This document shows, in pieces, positions 58,440-64,000 of a DNA stretch of 64,000 nucleotides. Position 1 is the stretch's first letter; every line of letters starts with the position of its first letter. The stretch comes from an uncultured delta proteobacterium (GTDB taxonomy: Bacteria > Desulfobacterota > Binatia > HRBIN30 > BPIQ01), in contig CAVXGR010000018.1 in the NCBI GenBank assembly GCA_963761335.1, forward strand, positions 544,001 through 608,000, given 5' to 3'. The position numbers and the translations under genes were made by a program. Below the pieces are notes generated by a model, which had not been told where the DNA came from, searched no databases, and saw only the letters and a program-made list of their open reading frames with translations.

Positions 58440-60230
58440 TCATTCGGCGGCTTGCAGCGCGTCCTCATGGCGGCGCTGCAGGCGCAGGGCGAGCTCGCCG
58501 AGGTGCTCGACGATCTCGGTGGGCTGGAAGGGGATGGCGCCGCTGCGCGCCAACGACTCGATTCCGGGGGGCAGGTCGACGTACATGCGCATGAGGCGGA
58601 AGAGCTGCCCCTGATACGACTGCTCGACCACCAGGCCGGCGTGCACGCCGGTGAGAAACTCGAGATAGGTCTCCTCGACCACCGGGTAGAGGAGCAGCGG
58701 TGTGAGCAGCTTGACGCGCAGGCCGGCATCCCGGGCGAGACGCAGCGCCTCGCGGCAGACGCCCGCGGTGCTGCCCCAGCTGATCAGCGCCAGGGCGGCG
58801 CCGGGATCGCCTTCGATGCGGAAGAGGTCGCTCTGGGCGCGCAGCGCATCGAACTTGTGAAAGCGCTTCTCGGTCATGCGCGCGTGCACCGCACCGCTGG
58901 CGGTGGGCGCGCCGGCGTCGTTGTGCTCGATGCCGGCGCCCTGGTAGTTGCCGCCGAGCATGCCCGGGTGGCTGATGGGGCTCACCCCGTCGTCGGTGAA
59001 GCGGAAGCGCCGGTAGCTCTGCAGCTCGGCGTCGGTCGGCTCGCGGCGCTCGAGCCGCGCGAACTGGGTCGTGTCGATCGGGTCGAGAGACTCCTTGCGC
59101 TGTGCGATCTCCTGATCGGAGAGGATGACCACCGGGGTCTGAAAGCGCTCGGCGACGTTGAAGGCGTGCACGGTCACCGCGAAGGTGTCGGCGACACAGG
59201 TCGGCGCCAGCACCGGGCGCAGCACGTCGCCGTGCGCGGAGAACACCGCCTGGAACAGGTCCGCCTGCTCCGACTTGGTCGGCATCCCCGTCGACGGGCC
59301 GCCGCGCTGCACGTCGACGACCACCAAGGGCAGCTCGGCGATGCTCGCCAGGCCGAGCATCTCGGTTTTCAGTGACATGCCGGGGCCGGAGGTCGCGGTC
59401 ATCGACTTCTTCCCGGCGAACGACGCCCCCAGGGCCGCGCCGACGCCGGCGATCTCGTCCTCGGCCTGCAGCAGAGCGCCGCCGTACTTCCAGATCTCGC
59501 GGCTGAGGAACTGCATGATCTCGGTGGAAGGCGTGATCGGGTAGCCGCCGAAGAACTCGCAGCCGGCGAACAGCGCCGCCGCGGCGCACATCTCGTTGCC
59601 GTCCACCAGGAGCTTGCCGCCCGCCTTGCCGCTGGCCGGGGCGAGAGCGCGGGCGCGCTGCAGTGGGTGATCGGTGGCGTACTCGACGCCGGCGGCGAAG
59701 GCGTCCTCGGCTCCCTGGAGCACGGCCTGGCTCTTCTTGGCGAAGCGCTTGTGCATGCCGCGCAGCAGCGCCTCTCTGGCAATGCCGAACCAGCCGGCGA
59801 GCAGGCCGAGGACGACGATGTTCTTGGCGCGGTCGCCGCCCGAGGTGCGCCGCGCCATCTCGGCGATCGGCACGCTGCACACCTCGCTCGGCGACACCCC
59901 GATGAGCGGGATCTCGTCCGGCGGAATTCCGCAGCCGGCGTCGTAGATCACCACCGTCTTGCCGCCGACCGGCAGCTCGGCCCCGAACTTCATGAAGTCG
60001 TCCCAGTTGAGGGCGACGGCGACGTCCAGCGTGCCCGCCGAGTTGAAGATCGGCTCGTTCGAGATCCGCACCCGGCAGGAGGACTCGCCACCGCGGATCT
60101 GCGAGCCGAACGCCTTGGCCATGATCACGTGGTAGCCTTCGTAGGCGGCCGCCGAGGTGAGAGACTCGCCGGCAGACACGATGCCGTCTCCACCTGAGCC
60201 GGCCATCCCAATCATCAGGTCACTGTCCAT
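58440..60230 (-). CDS. korA: 2-oxoacid:acceptor oxidoreductase subunit alpha
   Basis: IRGGES, GYPITPSTEI, QAEDEI, TATSGPG, QRGGPSTGMPTK.EQ.DL. Confidence 0.92.
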   Translation of the reverse strand: MDSDLMIGMAGSGGDGIVSAGESLTSAAAYEGYHVIMAKAFGSQIRGGESSCRVRISNEPIFNSAGTLDVAVALNWDDFMKFGAELPVGGKTVVIYDAGCGIPPDEIPLIGVSPSEVCSVPIAEMARRTSGGDRAKNIVVLGLLAGWFGIAREALLRGMHKRFAKKSQAVLQGAEDAFAAGVEYATDHPLQRARALAPASGKAGGKLLVDGNEMCAAAALFAGCEFFGGYPITPSTEIMQFLSREIWKYGGALLQAEDEIAGVGAALGASFAGKKSMTATSGPGMSLKTEMLGLASIAELPLVVVDVQRGGPSTGMPTKSEQADLFQAVFSAHGDVLRPVLAPTCVADTFAVTVHAFNVAERFQTPVVILSDQEIAQRKESLDPIDTTQFARLERREPTDAELQSYRRFRFTDDGVSPISHPGMLGGNYQGAGIEHNDAGAPTASGAVHARMTEKRFHKFDALRAQSDLFRIEGDPGAALALISWGSTAGVCREALRLARDAGLRVKLLTPLLLYPVVEETYLEFLTGVHAGLVVEQSYQGQLFRLMRMYVDLPPGIESLARSGAIPFQPTEIVEHLGELALRLQRRHEDALQAAE

Positions 60231-60410
60231 TCTGCTCCTGTTCCTCGATTAAACGAGAAGAAGAGGGAGCAAAGCACGTGCCCGCTAACCCCACGGTCGA
60301 TGCGGCAACTCACGCCGGCAAAGATTCCCACCCTTGGGAATAATGTGCCGCCGAGCCCCCGAAAACCGGGAGCCCCACCTGCCCCTAATGGCCTGAGCAC
60401 AAAGGCGTAT

Positions 60411-61208
60411 CTACAGCAGCCGCGTCTTGAAGAAGTCGATGATCTCGTCCACGGCCTGGCGCGTCGGCTGGCCCTGCTCGTCGATCAGATGCAGGGTGAC
60501 GACGCTGTGCGGGTTCTTCATCGGGGCGTTGGGGTTGGCGGCGCTGTCGGGGAGGACGCGGGGCTGGAAGCGGTCGCCGAGCGCCTGCTGGTAGGCGGCG
60601 AAGCGCGCCGCCCGGCAGAAGCTGTCGCCCTCGAAGCGATAGGCGAGGACGGTGAGATCCTCGCGGTCGAGCCGTTCCTTGACCGCCTTCAGCTCCTCCG
60701 GGGCGATGTGCATGCCGGAGGCTTTCGCCAACGGCAGGGAGGGCTGCGACAGGACCGGCGCCCGCACCGCCGGCTCGAGCATCATCGACAGGGCGAAGTT
60801 GCCGGTGAAGCACATGCCGATGGCGCCGACCCCCTGGCCGCCGCAGAGCGGATGGGCACGCGCCGCCAGCGCCCGCAGCCACTGGGTGACCGGGCTCGAG
60901 GCGTTGGCGGCGAAGGCGCGGAACTCGGCGCTGATGCATCCCTTGATGATCGAGCTGGCTCCGTAGAGCGTCGACACCGGCCGTCCCGGCTGGCCGAACA
61001 GGTTCGGCATCCACACAGTGAAGCCGGCGTCGCGGACCCAGCGCGCGAAGCGGGCCACCTGCGGCGAAATCCCGGGCATCTCGGTCATGACGATGACCGC
61101 GGGACCGCTCCCGGCGACGAACACCAGCTTGGTCTCGCCGTTGAGAGTGATCTGCCGGTGCTCGAAATCGGCGAGCGGGTCGGTCTTCGAGAGATCGGTC
61201 TCTGCCAT
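60411..61208 (-). CDS. Dienelactone hydrolase family protein
   Basis: EMPGI, GAIGMCFTG nucleophile motif, HSVVT. Confidence 0.85.
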   Translation of the reverse strand: MAETDLSKTDPLADFEHRQITLNGETKLVFVAGSGPAVIVMTEMPGISPQVARFARWVRDAGFTVWMPNLFGQPGRPVSTLYGASSIIKGCISAEFRAFAANASSPVTQWLRALAARAHPLCGGQGVGAIGMCFTGNFALSMMLEPAVRAPVLSQPSLPLAKASGMHIAPEELKAVKERLDREDLTVLAYRFEGDSFCRAARFAAYQQALGDRFQPRVLPDSAANPNAPMKNPHSVVTLHLIDEQGQPTRQAVDEIIDFFKTRLL

Positions 61209-61352
61209 CGATTGGGCCCTCCGCGGGCGACCGTAGCCAACTTTGCGGCGGTGCGCCATGATGGGAAAACTTGGTGGCCAGGCTGGCCGCGGTCCCAGGC
61301 AAACGCGGGTGGGTGTGCGAATCGCGCACGGCACCGCTATGATGGCGCCTCA

Positions 61353-62681
61353 ATGAATGCGCCTCGCACAAGCCCCGACTCCGGCAGCGGCCGAGGACTG
61401 GTGCTGGAAGAGCCGGAAGCTGAGGCCCGCGCCCTCAAGGCGGCGTACGTGCACTATCTGGCCGACTGCTGCCAGCGCTTCCTCGCCGTCGCCGGGGAGC
61501 TACCTCCCGAGCTGCGCCCGGCGCATGCGGCAATCGCGGCTCTGGTGCGGCAGGTGCTTCCACAGGGACGTCAGGCGATGCTCAACTGCTTCGCTTCACC
61601 GGCGGTGGGCACGGCGCTGCAGTGCGCCGAGCTGCGGCGCGACCTCGACGACTTCCGCGTCCGCATCGACAAGGCGGCGGCGGAGATGATGCCGCACCTG
61701 CTGCTGGAGATGGCGCTGCGAGGGCTCATCCCCCCGGGACAGTCTCTTCTCTGGGAGCACGGCGCGCCGTCGCTGGCTTCGCTCGCCGTCGGCGGCGAGC
61801 TCGTCCCGCCCGCCGCGGCCACCGGCCTGCGCTTCTCGGCCAGCCACGTCGCCGCGCTCGCCGGCGGCGCCGAGCTGGCGCGGTTGCCCCTGGAGCGCGA
61901 GGCGATGCGACAGACCTTGGCCGAGAACGCCGCCGGCGGCTTCCGCTTCGAGCGCCGTTTCCGCCGCCTCGGGAAGGTCACCCATTTCGCCACCGTCGAC
62001 CACAACCCCATCGCCGCCTTCGAGGCGCATCCCGACAAGGCGGGAAATCACATCGACCTCGGCGGTCGACCTGTGGGGGAGTGGACCGAGATGCTCGACC
62101 GCTGCTTTGCCCTGGTCGAGCGCTACCTGCCCGGCGAGCTCGCCGAGATGAGGATCATGCTCCGCGAGGTCATCCCGGTCGGCTACGACCCGCACCGCCA
62201 TCTGTCCGCCTCCTATCGCGAGGCCGTCGGCATCGTCTATCTGACGCTTCACCCGAGCGTCATGATCATGACCGAGGCTGTGGTGCACGAGTTCCAGCAC
62301 AACAAGTTCAACGTCTCGAGCTACGGAGCCGAGTACCTGGCGAACGCCTTCCATCCTCTCTACAAGAGCCCGGTGCGCCCCGACCCGCGACCGCTGTGGG
62401 GAATCCTCCTGGCGGTACACGCCTTTCTCCCCGTCGCCGAGCTCTATCGGCGCATGCGCGACGGCGGTGACCCGCTGGCGGCGCATCCCGATTTCGAGCG
62501 GCGCATGTCGGAGATCGATCTCAAGAACCACGAGGGCATGGAGATGCTCCGCGCCCACGCGCAGCTCACCGCCGCCGGCGGCGCCATGTTTGCCGAGCTG
62601 GAGAGCCTCGAGCGCCGCCATCTGGCCGAGCGCGCCGCCCGCGGCCTCGACAGCACGCCGACCGACGCCCACCTCGGATGA
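61353..62681 (+). CDS. HExxH-motif peptide-modifying protein (alphaKG-HExxH-like)
   Basis: SASYREAVGIVYL, EAVVHEFQHNKFN, YKSPVRPDPRPLWGILLAVHAF. Confidence 0.88.
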   Translation: MNAPRTSPDSGSGRGLVLEEPEAEARALKAAYVHYLADCCQRFLAVAGELPPELRPAHAAIAALVRQVLPQGRQAMLNCFASPAVGTALQCAELRRDLDDFRVRIDKAAAEMMPHLLLEMALRGLIPPGQSLLWEHGAPSLASLAVGGELVPPAAATGLRFSASHVAALAGGAELARLPLEREAMRQTLAENAAGGFRFERRFRRLGKVTHFATVDHNPIAAFEAHPDKAGNHIDLGGRPVGEWTEMLDRCFALVERYLPGELAEMRIMLREVIPVGYDPHRHLSASYREAVGIVYLTLHPSVMIMTEAVVHEFQHNKFNVSSYGAEYLANAFHPLYKSPVRPDPRPLWGILLAVHAFLPVAELYRRMRDGGDPLAAHPDFERRMSEIDLKNHEGMEMLRAHAQLTAAGGAMFAELESLERRHLAERAARGLDSTPTDAHLG

Positions 62682-62918
62682 TCGGATGAGAGATCGAGGA
62701 GGTGTCCCGCCTCCTCTCTCCACCCGCGGGCGACAGCGTCGTGTCTGCGCCACATCCATGCGGAGAACCACGGCAGCTCCGCCAAATTTCTTCTTGACGC
62801 GATCGCCGTCTGTAGCATGATGCGTTCGTCCTCAGGATGGGGACGACGGACGCGGCGGTAGCCAGGTGACACGGGGTCTTCCTGGTCACGGCGGCGAAGA
62901 CAGAGCACGGAGGCTCAG

Positions 62919-64000
62919 ATGCGATCGGGATGCTTCGCGGCGTGCGCCCTGCTGGGCGCTTGGGTGTCAGTGACGACAGTGTGGGCGCAGACGGATCGGG
63001 TATCGCCAGGGGCCGGAGGCTTCGACCCCAGCTCGGTGCTCGGCATTCTCGAACAGTCGGCGCCGGGCGGCCATCCGCCGGCGCCTTTCCCGGGACTCGC
63101 CTCGCCGCTGCGGGTCGACGAGAGCAGTGGGGCGGCGGCCAGCGCCATCGACATTGCGGTCCCACCCGGTCGCAGGGGAATGAGCCCGAAGCTGTCGGTG
63201 GTCTACTCGAGCAACCGCGGCAACGGCCTCTTCGGCGTCGGCTGGCATCTGCCCATCGGCTCGATCAAGCGCAGCACGCGTCATGGGGTGCCCTTCGAGT
63301 ACGACAACGCCGCCGGCACCGAGTCCCAGTTTCGCTACGCCGTTCCCGGCGACGCCCTGCCGGGGGAGGGCGAGTACATCCTCGAGCTCGGCGGCCGCAT
63401 GATCCGCCTGGATCGCTATCTCGGCACCAGCGGTGCGTATCACGTGTTCGGTTCCGCCGTCGAGGAGGCGCCGTTGCGCGTGTGGTTCGACCCCTCGGCC
63501 AACGTCTGGATCGTCACCGACCGCTCCGGCGTGCAGTACACCTACGGCGGCGGCGGTCGGGAGACGCGCGCCGGCTTCGACGTGGATCACGCCGACGGCA
63601 CCTTCAGCTGGGGGCTCACCCACGTCGAGGATCCCAACGGCAACGCCATCGATTATGTCTATGCGGCGTTTGGCCTCAGCGGCTCTCTCAATCGCTACCT
63701 GTATCCGCGGAGCGTGACCTACGGGGGCAATCCCTCCGCCGGCTACACCACCGCGGCCTTTCACGTCGAGATGAAGTACGAGGCCGAAGCGCGGCTCGAC
63801 CAGCCGCTGTCGTACATGGGCGGCTATGAGAGCCGGCTGGAGAAGCGCATCGGCTCGATCGAGGTCTGGTACGGCGGCACCCTGTTGCGCCGCTATGGAC
63901 TGACGTACGAGAACGAGCCGAGCACCGGCGTCTCGCGCCTGCGGCGCGTCGAGCTGCGTTCCGGACCGGTTGACGGAGCCGAGGACGGCACGCCGCTGCC
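62919..64000 (+). CDS. SpvB/TcaC N-terminal domain, RHS/YD-type secreted protein (3' truncated by window edge)
   Basis: Own translation: MRSGCFAACALLGAW...SGAAASAIDIAVPPGRRGMSPKLSVVYSSNRGNGLFGVGWHLPIGSIKR; later WGLTHVEDPNGNAIDY. Confidence 0.85.
   Translation, partial: MRSGCFAACALLGAWVSVTTVWAQTDRVSPGAGGFDPSSVLGILEQSAPGGHPPAPFPGLASPLRVDESSGAAASAIDIAVPPGRRGMSPKLSVVYSSNRGNGLFGVGWHLPIGSIKRSTRHGVPFEYDNAAGTESQFRYAVPGDALPGEGEYILELGGRMIRLDRYLGTSGAYHVFGSAVEEAPLRVWFDPSANVWIVTDRSGVQYTYGGGGRETRAGFDVDHADGTFSWGLTHVEDPNGNAIDYVYAAFGLSGSLNRYLYPRSVTYGGNPSAGYTTAAFHVEMKYEAEARLDQPLSYMGGYESRLEKRIGSIEVWYGGTLLRRYGLTYENEPSTGVSRLRRVELRSGPVDGAEDGTPL

Noticed and set aside
62919..64000. SpvB/RHS gene as part of the Hxs system
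   Set aside because: Truncated by the window edge, separated by its own intergenic region, and a common secreted family with no visible link

Overview
GC-rich bacterial DNA; the secreted-protein architecture suggests Binatia/Myxococcota-like lineages (inference only). The window is dominated by radical-SAM (rSAM) genes: 15 genes, 13 with an intact CxxxCxxC (14 motifs in total) and 2 with the motif eroded. The core (about 39.3-57.3 kb) is a large His-Xaa-Ser (Hxs) RiPP-type system arranged as two divergent arms. The left arm (minus strand) carries a 129-aa precursor with 24 consecutive H-x-S triplets (HMS-HAS-(HGS)22-W), two Tat-signal paralogs, a secreted PT-linker protein, HxsD + HxsD-like, an HxsB paralog lacking its catalytic CxxxCxxC, and an internally deleted flavin halogenase. 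The right arm (plus strand) carries a tandem pseudo-rSAM, three HxsC-like rSAMs, a B12-rSAM/rSAM fusion, a second HxsD + HxsD-like pair and an intact HxsB. A HExxH peptide-modifying enzyme lies 4 kb further on, beyond korAB. The left 39 kb holds eight more rSAMs mixed with an amidinotransferase, a DegT aminotransferase, an NDP-sugar epimerase, GT2/GT-C-like and SGNH proteins. An unnamed ~90-aa domain appears to recur in up to seven proteins. There are five apparent single-base frameshifts, MITE/REP-like palindromes and the start of an SpvB/RHS gene. No rRNA, tRNA or CRISPR was seen. All family calls come from reading motifs by eye, not from database searches.
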